From Candidatus Bathyarchaeota archaeon (lineage in GTDB: Archaea; Thermoproteota; Bathyarchaeia; Bathyarchaeales; Bathycorpusculaceae), in contig CAVZJV010000014.1 in NCBI GenBank assembly GCA_963775685.1, positions 2,272,001 to 2,336,000 of the forward strand: a stretch of 64,000 nucleotides of DNA, read 5' to 3'. A program made the translations under genes and the position numbers. Below are positions 43,226 through 53,940 of this stretch, piece by piece. Under the pieces are notes generated by a model. The model saw only the letters and a program-made list of their open reading frames with translations. It was not told the origin of the DNA and searched no databases. The stretch's first letter is position 1. The number at the start of each line of letters is the position of its first letter.

Positions 43226-44687
43226 TTACTCCTTTGATTTCTGGAGGCAGTTGGCACATAATTTTTTCCCTGTAGCTTTACAAACCTTGCTTTCATCGAC
43301 TCCGATGATTGATTGGCAGTTTTCACATTTCACAACGTGTTTGGGACAAAGTTTTCGCCTGAATTCTTGGGTAGATGCAAGGTTAGAATTTGAAAAGACA
43401 CTTCCACAGACATCGCAAAGTCCATAGTGGTGGATACATACGCTTGAATTGTCATGACTGCATTTGAATTCTAGAAGCTTGCTGTACCTTTTTCCGCAGA
43501 CCGCACAGACGAACCCTGAATCCTGTTCTATGTATTCATGCAACGTTTCGTCTAGTTTTAAAGCGGCTTTTTTTGAGTAAATTTTTGCAGTGTCGATGGA
43601 TTGTCTAATGCAGCCTTTGCAAACATAAAGGGAATCTTGGGTTGCATATCCCTCAGAGAAAGTGTTACGGCAGATGGGGCAAGTAACTTCTGCGGTATGA
43701 TTAACTCCGACGATGATTGAGGAGTGTATCGTTGCGTTGTTGTCAAGGTTTAATTCAAAACTAATCTTCGAGGTATTGATAACGAGTAAGTTGATGAATT
43801 TTACCTCTATGTTGGTTGCTAACGATTCTTCTTCTCTCTTTAGAAGCGCTTGATAGTTAGCTGGTCTTTTCTGCGCATTAAAATCCTCTTTCTCTATAAT
43901 TAGCTGTTCTAGCCGCTCTCTTCGAAGCCTTTTTTCGTATCTTTTGAGTTTAGCATTTTTTTCTTTGCTAAGCGGTAAGTCAAAAATAATGAGTTTTTCT
44001 TTAAGTAATTTTTCCAACTTTTGGTCAGCGACTTTTTTCAACTCATCAAAAGTGGAAATTTTCAGTTTTGCCTTAAAATCTTGAACATCCAACTGTCCAT
44101 TATCCAAGATATTTTCTTCATCAAGATTTTCGATGTTATCTACTATTGCCTTGCTCATCCATGCCTATGGAAATTATCTCTTCGTTTCGTGGTCTCAACT
44201 TGTTCTTGAATGAAGTTAAATAATAAAATCGATAGTAGCGCACGGGTTCTTTTTTAACTACAGTCACAGAAGCAATTTTTCCATTGTTTATTTGATGGTA
44301 ACATGGTTGAGGGTTAACACAGACACAAGCCACTTTTTCGCCCAAGGTCACCTTGCTACAGTCTTGGCAAGCAAAGACTGAATCCTTAAAGTACTCTTTT
44401 GGAAGTGTCTCAAAATCTTTTTTGGGATTAACTAAAATTTGGCATAGAGCGCCATCTTCTAAACATTCAGTCAATATCTGTTGGAACGTTTGACTTCCAA
44501 ATGTTATTAGCGCTAATTTTTTTTCCCGCGCTATTGCAGGTTCATAAGTGTACTCTGTTGGGTTCATTTGGTTTGGGTATTTTACGGTAAAGACTTCATT
44601 AGATTGTTCTGTTAATTCGCCATTTTTCGATTGGACAAATGACCTGATAAATTGATGAATTTTTGTTTCAGAATATTTTGAGCTCAA
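43226..44687 (-). CDS. YqhG-like protein with Cys/His-rich C-terminus (frameshift near 44150)
   Basis: ITFGSQTFQQI resembles Bacillus YqhG. Two ORFs overlap. The C-terminus has many CxxC/CxxH pairs. Confidence 0.55.
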
Positions 44688-46708
44688 TCAATAACCCCTT
44701 GAGTAAACTTTTCAGCTAACTCCTGATTTTTCCTTGAAACACTCAAATCGTTAGCAAGTTTTTCCAGTTCTTCCTTTATACTTATTTTAGAGTCATTTCT
44801 CAATACAATGCTCATAATTGTTTTCTGTAGGTCCTGTGAGCCTTCTTTTAGTTCAGCTAAAACAGTTTCCATTTTACCAATTGTCATAGTGAATAAGTCT
44901 ATTTTTTGGTATAGAATGTGCAGAACATAGTCGTCGATGGTGTCTTTTATGCTTAGATTGAAGACCGTTACGTCGCGTTCTTGTTTGTACCTATGGATTC
45001 TGCCAATTCGCTGCTCAATTTTCATGGGGTTCCAATGCAAATCATAGTTAAACATTACACTGCAATTCTGAAGGTTTAGTCCTTCTGCCGCAGAATCTGT
45101 TGCGATAAGATATTTGATCCTGCCTTTTTTGAAAGCTGAAATGACGCTGTCTCTTTCGTTCTGGGTCATGTTGCCTAAGTAGACGTCGGCTTCTCCGAAT
45201 TCTTGACATAGAACTTCTTTTAGTTTATGTGCTGTGATTCTTCTGAGACAAAAAATTATCGCTTGCTCATTTGGGATTTCCCTGAGAACCTCTTTTAATA
45301 ATTTAATTTTTGAGCTCCGAACTTGTTTTGCCATCTCAATTAATTTTCCTGTAGCTTGAGCTTCTGAGGGAAACCGCTGTTGCCTTTTCATCAATGATTC
45401 AATTGAGGCTTCGGGGGAGCTGGAAAATGACTGTTGAAGCGCAACGGCTTGAAAAACTAAAATGGCATTGCTTTGGGATTTGCTGAATTTTCGTGTTGGA
45501 TTCTCCGCCATCAACGTCTCAATTGTCCTAAAACTGTTTTTGTATATGTCTCGCAGGTACTCAGTTGCTTTATCAATAAAATTACGTTCGCTCTCATGTG
45601 GCTCAAGCGTTCTAGAATCAACACATCTTTTCGTGAATGGAACGCCAGTTTGTTCTCTTCTGGTACGGCACATTACTTCTCGAAGGGTTTGTCTTAGTTG
45701 ATACGCCCCTTCCGGTTTAACAACTCTGCTCCTCGCGTCTTCCGCAAATCGGGAAACGAATAAGCGTTCACTATCAAAGATTCCTGGTTGAATTAAATCA
45801 ACTATACTGTACAAGTCAGTTAGCCTATTGCATAAGGGAGTAGCTGTAAGAAGCAACAAATGATTTTTCTGAAGATTCGCCAAGCACACTCTTCCTTTGC
45901 TGTGAGTATTTCGAAATGAATGAGCCTCGTCTACAACAATTAAATCCCACGTTCGACTTGCCAACACATCATATTTTCTTGCCATAAGAGTATGAGAGCA
46001 GATAATTCTGTTAGCCGTCTTCAAATCAAGTCTGTGATTGTTCGCAACAGAAAAGGTCTCTCCAAATTTTTCAGCCATTTCAGTCTTCCACTGAGATAGT
46101 AGGCTTTTTGGAGATACAATAAGTATCGAATTAATTTCACCTCTTAGAAGCAACTCTTTAATGATAAGGCCAGCTTCGATTGTTTTGCCAAGCCCCACTT
46201 CATCAGCAAGAATTGCATTTGCGTTCATTTCGTTAATTACTTGAAGAGCAATTTGCATCTGAAAATTATAAGGCACTAGTTTAGCTCGTAAAGTCTCTGC
46301 AGAGATTAACTTGTCAATTTGGCATGAGTCTTTAATCTGTAGTGCTTCTAATTGAAGTTTAAAGTTTCTAAAACTTGAAAATGACCTAGTTTCTAATCGT
46401 TTTCTTATGCTATTTGGGTCAGAAATAGTGTAGGAGTATTGATATCGGGCTTTTTCTCCATCGGCTGTTTCATCTTCAAATTCAAAACTGCGAATCTCAG
46501 ATATAGATGGAACAGACGGTTTGTTATTGGTTTTCTTTCTAATTTTTTTAGCGGGGGGACGCTCTGTTTTGTGATTATCAACTTTATTTGCGGATGATAC
46601 TGTGCTTTGGATATAATTGTATTTTTCACAAGTATTATCATAAGGATTAGGAGTTACCGAATCGGGTGGCTGGCACTCGTTAGTGTTAACTTTGCGCTTA
46701 ACAGACAA
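44684..46708 (-). CDS. SNF2-family helicase (YqhH/RapA-like)
   Basis: ILADEVGLGKT, DEAH, LTATP, AEGLNLQ, WNPMKIEQRIGRIHR. Confidence 0.92.
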   Translation of the reverse strand: MSVKRKVNTNECQPPDSVTPNPYDNTCEKYNYIQSTVSSANKVDNHKTERPPAKKIRKKTNNKPSVPSISEIRSFEFEDETADGEKARYQYSYTISDPNSIRKRLETRSFSSFRNFKLQLEALQIKDSCQIDKLISAETLRAKLVPYNFQMQIALQVINEMNANAILADEVGLGKTIEAGLIIKELLLRGEINSILIVSPKSLLSQWKTEMAEKFGETFSVANNHRLDLKTANRIICSHTLMARKYDVLASRTWDLIVVDEAHSFRNTHSKGRVCLANLQKNHLLLLTATPLCNRLTDLYSIVDLIQPGIFDSERLFVSRFAEDARSRVVKPEGAYQLRQTLREVMCRTRREQTGVPFTKRCVDSRTLEPHESERNFIDKATEYLRDIYKNSFRTIETLMAENPTRKFSKSQSNAILVFQAVALQQSFSSSPEASIESLMKRQQRFPSEAQATGKLIEMAKQVRSSKIKLLKEVLREIPNEQAIIFCLRRITAHKLKEVLCQEFGEADVYLGNMTQNERDSVISAFKKGRIKYLIATDSAAEGLNLQNCSVMFNYDLHWNPMKIEQRIGRIHRYKQERDVTVFNLSIKDTIDDYVLHILYQKIDLFTMTIGKMETVLAELKEGSQDLQKTIMSIVLRNDSKISIKEELEKLANDLSVSRKNQELAEKFTQGVID

Positions 46709-46807
46709 GAGTATCGCGTTCTACTCCGATATCTTACTATAAAAAGATGAATGGAGGAAAAACAAAATTTGCAAGCCTTAACTAAAACTATGTCTTGGCT
46801 CCGAGAG

Positions 46808-47671
46808 CTAAGGCGGCTGAAGTGCTTTTCTCTGCAGAAATGAATTCACTGCATCTATGAGGGCTTCACAAGCAAACCACCGTTCTTCCAAGGATCCATC
46901 TGTCTCCATGTTCTGGATTATTCTGTTGAATTTTTTTATTTCCTCCAAAACTGGCTCCCTTTTTTTATCGTATTCGGCTCGTATTTCCTTTTGCTTGACA
47001 CTAAAATCCAGCATAACCAATTCAAGCTCGGTTTGCTTATCGTTTATTTCCTTCATTATAGCCATTTCTTTTTGTTCTCTTTTCTTCTTGGAAACGCCAC
47101 GGAAAAATCCGGTTTTCATCCGAATTACCTCATCCTGTTCTTTTTTCAGAAGGTTTATGGAAATGTAGAGACTCTTAATTTCTCGGTTTCTTTGACTTTT
47201 AATTGCCCCTGTCAAAGTTGCATATTCTTTATTGATTAGCTTTAGGCGGCTTCGCCAATCTGACAGACAGTTAATTTCTTGGTCAAGTGAGGCTTCCCTT
47301 CGGCGTATGCCTTCAAGATGTTGATCAATATTGGCGAGTGTTTGGGAGCGCTCCCTGACAAATTGTTCATCTGCGATTACGTTAGGGTGAGATTCAAACT
47401 CGCCAAGAACATCCGACAAGCTCGTCAGCCAACGATCAAAATGTTCGCTGAACGGGAAAGAACCAAACTTCTGGATGCCCAAAGTATGGAGCCGCTTAAG
47501 GGTTGCCTCTGAAATCTCTTTTTCAGTTGCAATTGGCTTCTCTTCCTGTACTTGACCAACAATTCCTCTATGTACGCGTTTTCTATCCTTCCTTTTTTCA
47601 CGAAGAGTTTTTTTGTATCCATGAATCGCGCCTCTTGGCGACTTCACACGAGGCTGGTATCCCATAAACAC
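46808..47671 (-). CDS. coiled-coil hypothetical protein
   Basis: Long heptad-rich K/E/R sequence; probable start MGYQP at 47665. Confidence 0.7.
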   Translation of the reverse strand: MFMGYQPRVKSPRGAIHGYKKTLREKRKDRKRVHRGIVGQVQEEKPIATEKEISEATLKRLHTLGIQKFGSFPFSEHFDRWLTSLSDVLGEFESHPNVIADEQFVRERSQTLANIDQHLEGIRRREASLDQEINCLSDWRSRLKLINKEYATLTGAIKSQRNREIKSLYISINLLKKEQDEVIRMKTGFFRGVSKKKREQKEMAIMKEINDKQTELELVMLDFSVKQKEIRAEYDKKREPVLEEIKKFNRIIQNMETDGSLEERWFACEALIDAVNSFLQRKALQPP

Positions 47672-47844
47672 AAGGTATCATCAATGAACTATTTAGTTTG
47701 CGCCTAATTGCCTCAGAATTCGTCTTCTTCCTGATTATTGCCTGACCCTTATCAAGTTTTTCACAGCCCTTGTTTAAGTCAATTTCAGACTGGGGTAACT
47801 CAAACCACAAACATAATAAGTTTAACTCGTGAAAGAAAAGAACT

Positions 47845-48351
47845 GTGAAAAGTATGCCGCAGTTTGTCGTTAATCCAAGCCGAATTGACCCCTACAAGAA
47901 ATTCAAGTTCATAGTAAAGTGGGATGGTAAAGTCGTTGCGGGCGTCTCAAAGATGAGTCCCCTGAAACGAACCACTGATGTCATTCTGCACCGCGAAGGG
48001 GGCGATGCAAATGTGGAGCGGAAATCTCCCGGCAAAACTCATTATGACCCCATCATTCTAGAACGAGGCGTAACACATGACCCTGAGTTTGAAACTTGGG
48101 CTAATTTGGTGTTTAACAAGGGCAATGGTTCAATGTCTCTTAAAAACTTCCGCAAAGACATAGTCATCGAATTGCTAAACGAAGCGGGAGTTCCAGTGAT
48201 TGCTTACAAGGTCTATAGGTGTTGGGTCTCAGAGTATACTGCCCTGCCTGAATTGGACGCGGGTCAAAATGCTGTTGCCATACAAAGTATAACCATCGAG
48301 CATGAGGGCTGGGAAAGAGACACTGGGTTAGCTGAACCCAAAGAAACATAG
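47845..48351 (+). CDS. contractile tail tube protein (T4 gp19/Afp1-like)
   Basis: DPYKKFKF.V, HREGG, KSPGK..YDPIILERG, RKDIVIELLNE, CWVSEY..LDA...VAIQ. Confidence 0.9.
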   Translation: MKSMPQFVVNPSRIDPYKKFKFIVKWDGKVVAGVSKMSPLKRTTDVILHREGGDANVERKSPGKTHYDPIILERGVTHDPEFETWANLVFNKGNGSMSLKNFRKDIVIELLNEAGVPVIAYKVYRCWVSEYTALPELDAGQNAVAIQSITIEHEGWERDTGLAEPKET

Positions 48352-48367
48352 AGGCTCAGAGTAGGAT

Positions 48368-49045
48368 TTGACCTTGCCAAGCCAACCCAACATCCACAGA
48401 GGAACCTTAATACTGCTTGCACCAAACGCTGCAGACGCCTCTATCTCCTCGAAAAATATCTATTTTGTTTTCCAGTACAACCCAGAAAAACTAATCCACA
48501 CCTTCAACCAAAGTATGCCCTCAACATTAGCATCAAACTCGACAGATTCACAACTCCCAATAAATGAGCTTTACAACTTAACTTTTGAACTCGACAGTTT
48601 AGATGCCGATTCGGTTTCTCAGAATCAGAGTTCAACCGATCTTGGTCTCCACCCAACTTTAGCCATGCTTGAGATGATGATGCGACCGCAGGTCGTTGGC
48701 AAACAAAAGTCATTACCCATCGTTGTATTCAAGTGGGGTGCAAAACGATCTGTTGCGGTTCGGTTCATCAGTATGAATGTTGAGGAAAAATCTTTCGACG
48801 TTACCTTGAACCCGACGAGGGCAACTGTTAGCTTAACATTGAGAGTGCTTGACGCTGCCGAGACTGCAGACAACATTGGCGCCAAGAACATTTGTTTGGT
48901 CCATAATAATGTGCTGGCAACTCTGGTTGACGCTTACAAATTCCAAACTAGTCAAGCTTCTGTTCAAGCAGGAAGTGTTTTGGGCGTTTCTGGTACGGCA
49001 GGTGAGGGGTTAAACGTTGAAAGGAAAACAAAATTTGGTCCATAG
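48368..49045 (+). CDS. CIS tube-initiator-like protein (Afp7/Pvc7 type)
   Basis: FQYNPEKL, P.VVFKWG, EEKSFD.LNPTRATVSLTL. Confidence 0.72.
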   Translation: MTLPSQPNIHRGTLILLAPNAADASISSKNIYFVFQYNPEKLIHTFNQSMPSTLASNSTDSQLPINELYNLTFELDSLDADSVSQNQSSTDLGLHPTLAMLEMMMRPQVVGKQKSLPIVVFKWGAKRSVAVRFISMNVEEKSFDVTLNPTRATVSLTLRVLDAAETADNIGAKNICLVHNNVLATLVDAYKFQTSQASVQAGSVLGVSGTAGEGLNVERKTKFGP

Positions 49046-49303
49046 CCCTTTTTTTCTTTGTTGAACAATTTTTTGCTAATTTTAGATTTTGGTTTTTGCT
49101 GTGTTGTTTGCTAAGCTTTAAATCAGGCAAGTAAAAGCTTAGTTGGTTGGTGAGGGGAGCCTGTGAAACTGTTGAAGATCCCCTTTACCTTTCAAACTCG
49201 GGTTTTTTTCAATCGTGAAGTAGGAACAGACTCAACGTTTCTTCCTTAAAACGTCGAGATCAAGATAAATCGGGTTAAAAGATTTCCCTGACGAATTTGT
49301 TTT

Positions 49304-49732
49304 CTATGCTCTATTACCGTAGTTTTTGCTCATGCAACTCTGGCAATAATTTCGCTTAAACCTCTTTATTCGCTTTGGTTGGAAGAGTTTTCCGCATGAA
49401 CTGCATTTTATTTGGTTTACTGTCTTTGGGTCGAGTAGTTTGAGTCTTCGTTCAATCTCATTTTTAATATCTGAGTCATTTTCGGTTATCAATGCATGGG
49501 TTAGTAGTGTCTTTGCTTGATCTTCGCATTTGTCTCCGAACATTTTTGAAAACACATTGTTTTTTTTCTGGTCAACACTTATCTGAGATGGCAACATACA
49601 GATAAAATTTGAAGGATAACTCTTGGATTTATCTGAGTCGACAACGGCAAATCGATAGTGCCTGCCCACATAGTTGCCCTCAACATTATCCTGAGTAAAT
49701 ATTTGTAACTTGAATTTCAATTGAGTGCTCAC
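49304..49732 (-). CDS. hypothetical protein with C-terminal zinc ribbon
   Basis: CSSCGK...YCQSC. Confidence 0.7.
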   Translation of the reverse strand: MSTQLKFKLQIFTQDNVEGNYVGRHYRFAVVDSDKSKSYPSNFICMLPSQISVDQKKNNVFSKMFGDKCEDQAKTLLTHALITENDSDIKNEIERRLKLLDPKTVNQIKCSSCGKLFQPKRIKRFKRNYCQSCMSKNYGNRA

Positions 49733-49837
49733 ACGTATATAGAAAGCACTTGCCCAGCTAATATCTGTAGTTCTTCAGGACTCGATTTTCATCGCTAAAT
49801 TTGTTTAGACAATTGGTAAACCACAAAAAATGTTATA

Positions 49838-50767
49838 TCATCCATTTTGTCTTTTTAGTTTGCCAATGATATTGGCAAAGCCTTTTCTAAAGTCAAATGA
49901 CGCTACGACCTCAGTGAAATTAACGAGGATTAATGACGTTAATGTCAAGGAGGGTATGAGTGCGTAATAGTAAAGTGGTGTAGTTAATCCTGAGCCTAAA
50001 ACCATACTTACAAACCCTGCCCCCATGCCGGGGGAAAAAAGCATCAAATTTGATAAGAACAATGCGGCGAGGCCACTTGCGGATGCGACCTTGAGGTTTT
50101 TGCAGTTGTACATCACAAAAAGAGGAAGAGCCAATAAACCGAACCTTACATCAAAAAATCCCAGTGCCAATGCAATTCCTGAAAAGAATGGTTTGCCTTT
50201 GCTGCCAAGGTATAAGCTGAGGAGAAGCAGAAAGGTAAGTATGACTTTGGCTTGTCCTTCTCCCCATTGCCAATAGTAACTTGGAGACAGGCCCCAATTC
50301 GAAGTTGGGAAGGGCAGTAGCAACGTAATGGTCATCACAGCTAGAGTTACTGCAAGATGCTTGCCGCTTAAGAGCTTGTAGAGCATATAGGCGATTGCGG
50401 GGAGAAGCATAAATTGGATTATGTCAAAGACCAGCAATGCCTTCTGATAACCAAGAGACAGCAACGGTGAAGCAACCAACAGAAAAGAGGGCAGATACTT
50501 ATAGGCTTCAGGATATGGTGGAGTTAAGGGTTCGCCACTGCCTAAAGCGCCGAAATGATAGATTTGCGAGGGATTATGCCAGAGTCTCCAAGCACCAACA
50601 TAGTAGGCGGAGAAATCTTTTGCAAGTATGCTGCCTGAAGTATTGATGCCTGGGCTGGGTGTGTAGGTTTCTGGATACGCCACTATGAAGGTATATAGGT
50701 TTAGGGTGATGAGCAAGGCGACTGCGATGATGAGAATGACTTTGTTTGGGAGTAGTTTATGAGTCAT
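49838..50767 (-). CDS. GT87/DUF2029-like membrane glycosyltransferase
   Basis: KDFSAYY, YKYLP, GQ motif; multiple TMs. Confidence 0.7.
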   Translation of the reverse strand: MTHKLLPNKVILIIAVALLITLNLYTFIVAYPETYTPSPGINTSGSILAKDFSAYYVGAWRLWHNPSQIYHFGALGSGEPLTPPYPEAYKYLPSFLLVASPLLSLGYQKALLVFDIIQFMLLPAIAYMLYKLLSGKHLAVTLAVMTITLLLPFPTSNWGLSPSYYWQWGEGQAKVILTFLLLLSLYLGSKGKPFFSGIALALGFFDVRFGLLALPLFVMYNCKNLKVASASGLAALFLSNLMLFSPGMGAGFVSMVLGSGLTTPLYYYALIPSLTLTSLILVNFTEVVASFDFRKGFANIIGKLKRQNG

Positions 50768-50941
50768 TTTTTCTCAGCGGTGGACTGTTTATGGTTTTAT
50801 TTCACTGTGATGGAAACTTTTATACTTGGTTATTTAGTAAATTGTGTCTAAATGTTCTTGAATGTATTACACTCGTCTTACAGATGAAAATGCTTTTATT
50901 CAATTTCCACTCTGAAGCCTTAAAATGCTCAACTCAAAGGA

Positions 50942-51544
50942 TTGAATCTGAAAATGTTGCAAAAACAAACCAGCGCAAAACGAGCCTCAATAATTGCCAT
51001 GACAACTGCACTCTACGTCGTATTCTTTTTCCTATCCTACTCCGTAACACTACCAAACTTCACTCTCCTCTACCTTCCTATTATTCTGTTAGGCGTTTTC
51101 CCAATATGGTTTGGATGGAGTGGACTTGTGGGCGCCATGCTTGGGGGATTCATTGGCGGTGCTTTTGTCGAAGGCTTAGGTTTTCTGGGAATATTCGAAT
51201 CAGTAGTAGCGCTCCTCATATATCTCGTTAACTGGACACTTATTCCCAAAAAAGCAGCCGAAGACGGAAACAAACTCAACCTAATTGCTCTTATAGGCGT
51301 ACTGACAGTGAGTCTTCTTGCGGGCACAAGTTACATCCTCTTTCAATACACCATTCTACCACAATTATTCACTGCATCCGAAGCGTTATTCATTCTGATT
51401 CCCACGTTCCTGATTAACTTGCCAATTGTCTTGATTACTTGTCCTCTTCTGATTAGGGCTGTGTCGCCTAAATTGAGAACTTGGGGTCTGTACTCCGGCA
51501 ACTTTGCAGAATGGCGAAATCGCAATGCCTCAAAACCAGTATAA
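50942..51544 (+). CDS. membrane protein, possibly an ECF S component
   Basis: AMTTALYVV and FGWSGLVGAMLG; 5-6 TMs. Confidence 0.55.
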   Translation: MNLKMLQKQTSAKRASIIAMTTALYVVFFFLSYSVTLPNFTLLYLPIILLGVFPIWFGWSGLVGAMLGGFIGGAFVEGLGFLGIFESVVALLIYLVNWTLIPKKAAEDGNKLNLIALIGVLTVSLLAGTSYILFQYTILPQLFTASEALFILIPTFLINLPIVLITCPLLIRAVSPKLRTWGLYSGNFAEWRNRNASKPV

Positions 51545-51626
51545 TTTTTCTCCAAAAACTTCTTCCTTTTTTAGAACCTAAGCGCGTCTGCTTGTTCTAA
51601 CCAATGCCAAAAACTATAGTCGCCAG

Positions 51627-52199
51627 ATGGAAAATACTTTTAAGTTGTGGTCCCTTAAGGCACCTGAAGCGTTGAAGATGAAAATCAGAATCCTAAAACT
51701 AACCTCTGAATTTCTGGCTGTATTGCTCAGAGGCAAGACTTTCTCTTTTACCTCAACTTTGCCTCTTGACGCCGAAATTTTAGATGTAAAAATGGATTTA
51801 TTTTCCAAGCAGGTTTCCATAATAGTGAGGAGCGATAGTTTTGAGGATGTTGCCGAGTCCATGCCAATTCCCGAGTTCAACGTTTCAAAAACCGATGAAC
51901 TCAAAAACGAGCCAAAACCAGCTTCGCCAGTTAAAGCTCAAGTTGTACCTGAGTTTAAGCCTACTATTGCAAAGTTGCCTCAGCCGCAACCAAGTCGAAT
52001 GGCCTCAAAAATGGAGAACGAGTTTAGCCCTGAACAGCGCAAACTGCTAAGTTTCACCGTTAAGGAGGACCACGTTGTAGTTAAGCCTGTGATGTTTTTG
52101 AAGGCTGAGTGGGACGACATAAATGAGGTTGTGCGGAGTTTAGGCGGCAGGTGGGTTAAGGGCGACATTATTAGCTACTGGGAAATTCCACTTCTATAA
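51627..52199 (+). CDS. hypothetical protein
   Basis: C-terminal INEVVRSLGGRWV...WEIP domain. Confidence 0.65.
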   Translation: MENTFKLWSLKAPEALKMKIRILKLTSEFLAVLLRGKTFSFTSTLPLDAEILDVKMDLFSKQVSIIVRSDSFEDVAESMPIPEFNVSKTDELKNEPKPASPVKAQVVPEFKPTIAKLPQPQPSRMASKMENEFSPEQRKLLSFTVKEDHVVVKPVMFLKAEWDDINEVVRSLGGRWVKGDIISYWEIPLL

Positions 52200-52268
52200 A
52201 TAGTGTTTTAGTGAGAAACGAAATAACTTTAAACCAGAAACACCTAATTGGAAGCAGAGTGAGCCTAC

Positions 52269-52655
52269 ATGGAAAAAACCGATAAACCATTAACCAGAGA
52301 CGCATTAGTCTCAATGCAAGTTATAGATGCAAAAGGAAAGCTGCTGGGAAAAGTTCAAGATGTTGTTTTCGCCGTTGGAAAAATGGGCATAGCTTTAACC
52401 GTTGAAAATGAAGATGGGGAGACACAAACAGTTGCGTGGGAAGATGTTCAAGCGGCCTCAGACTACATTATCCTAAAACCCGTTACACAGACCACATACC
52501 AGCCACAGACACAACAACAGCAACCTGCCCAAACCGCAACTCAGCCAGTTCAACAACAATCAACTCAACCGCTTTGCCCAACATGTGGCAAACCCTTAAC
52601 ATGGATTCCGCAATACCAACGATGGTACTGCTACAACGACAAAAAATACGTCTAA
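52269..52655 (+). CDS. PRC-barrel protein with C-terminal zinc ribbon
   Basis: VIDAKGKLLGKVQDV, Q-rich linker, CPTCGKPL...WYC. Confidence 0.8.
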   Translation: MEKTDKPLTRDALVSMQVIDAKGKLLGKVQDVVFAVGKMGIALTVENEDGETQTVAWEDVQAASDYIILKPVTQTTYQPQTQQQQPAQTATQPVQQQSTQPLCPTCGKPLTWIPQYQRWYCYNDKKYV

Positions 52656-53053
52656 AACCAATCGTTCATCCTTATTTTTCTTTCTTAAATTTTTTCCAGT
52701 TTATGCCTACCTAAGATTGAGGCTTTAAGTTCTTTATTGCGTTTGGTGAGTGAGCTATCGCCCTCGCGGTTTGTCTCCTTAACAGTTCTTAGACTATTAT
52801 GCTTAACTGGTGATTGTTAGCAAGAGGAGATTTTACAACATCTTTCATGAAGGAATACTTGGGCCCTTTATCGTTTGTATACTGCACGCTTGTACTTTCA
52901 AATAGACTTGGGCAAACCGCTACCTCTCAAGCAACCTACCCCGCCATATATCATTTCAAGTGTAGGTTCAACCAAAAGTTGACTTGGAAAAAAATTATGG
53001 TTAACGAGTCAAAAAATTGGTATTTTTCTCAAAAAACATGCCTATTTGGGTGT

Positions 53054-53680
53054 TTAGTTGCCTATGGGCTTTTCTAAAACGGTAATGTTTCCGTTCTTTC
53101 CTAGTCGCAACTGCTTTTCACCCTTAAACATCGCCACATGGGCATTCTTAACTTCTATAAAGTCACCAGTATGGACGCTATTTATCTGCTGATCCCAGAG
53201 GCAAAGTAGAATTTTTCCTGTTTCATCCCCAATTGACGCGTTAGAAACAACCGCGTTGTCCCGGAACTGGGTGTGAACTTTGGCTGGCTCAGCGGTCTGC
53301 AAAACTTCTGCAGTGACGTTGATTTTTTTCATCCCAACACGCAAGTTCTCAATTTTTAAGTGTGAAGGCGCAGGGTTCTGTCGGGCAATTTCTTTACGGA
53401 TTTTGTTGCTGTCCATTGAGCTGTCAAAGGAAACATCCGTTCTTGCCAAAGTCTCATCAGGTACTCGAAACTGAGCAATTACTTTACCATCTTTTGTAAT
53501 CAAAAAGATCGATTGGGTACTTACGTTTCCACGGTACTCCACATTCAAATCCGTAACTGTAATTGGCTTGCTCTGTTCCTTTGCGTCTATTAAGGCTTGA
53601 AAAAGCTCTGTTGGATAAACCTCATGCTGCGTAGCGATGAATGCAAGCTGATCTTCTAGGGTAGGCTTTTTTGGTTTCAT
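53054..53680 (-). CDS. OB-fold single-stranded DNA-binding protein (RPA/SSB-like)
   Basis: IGDETGKILLCLWD...GDFIEVKNA...FKGEKQLRLG. Confidence 0.82.
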   Translation of the reverse strand: MKPKKPTLEDQLAFIATQHEVYPTELFQALIDAKEQSKPITVTDLNVEYRGNVSTQSIFLITKDGKVIAQFRVPDETLARTDVSFDSSMDSNKIRKEIARQNPAPSHLKIENLRVGMKKINVTAEVLQTAEPAKVHTQFRDNAVVSNASIGDETGKILLCLWDQQINSVHTGDFIEVKNAHVAMFKGEKQLRLGKNGNITVLEKPIGN

Positions 53681-53940
53681 GCTCTATTCTATTCTCCTTT
53701 TAATTTAGCGAATAACCTCGAAATAGCAAACTATTTAACCCTAAAATTTACTTTTTCTAGATTAAATTCCGCAATTTAGTAATATGCCTCGCTCAGTATA
53801 TAGGTGTAACTATAAAAAAATGCGTTTTCCATGGAATAATTGAACATTTGTGTAGGTTTCAAATTAAGGTCTGGTTTTCCAAAAAGGAAAAAGCCCAGCT
53901 TTACAATACATATATAGAGAGATTATTTTGGAGCAAAAAC

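Noticed and set aside
613-44150. Programmed frameshifting or phase variation in ccoN, larE, beta-propeller paralogs, HEAT and YqhG-like genes
   Set aside because: Single-base indels hit unrelated genes and are not at long homopolymers or slippery heptamers. Sequencing or assembly error is more likely; raw reads would decide.
47845-49045. Intact prophage
   Set aside because: No capsid, terminase, portal, sheath or integrase nearby.
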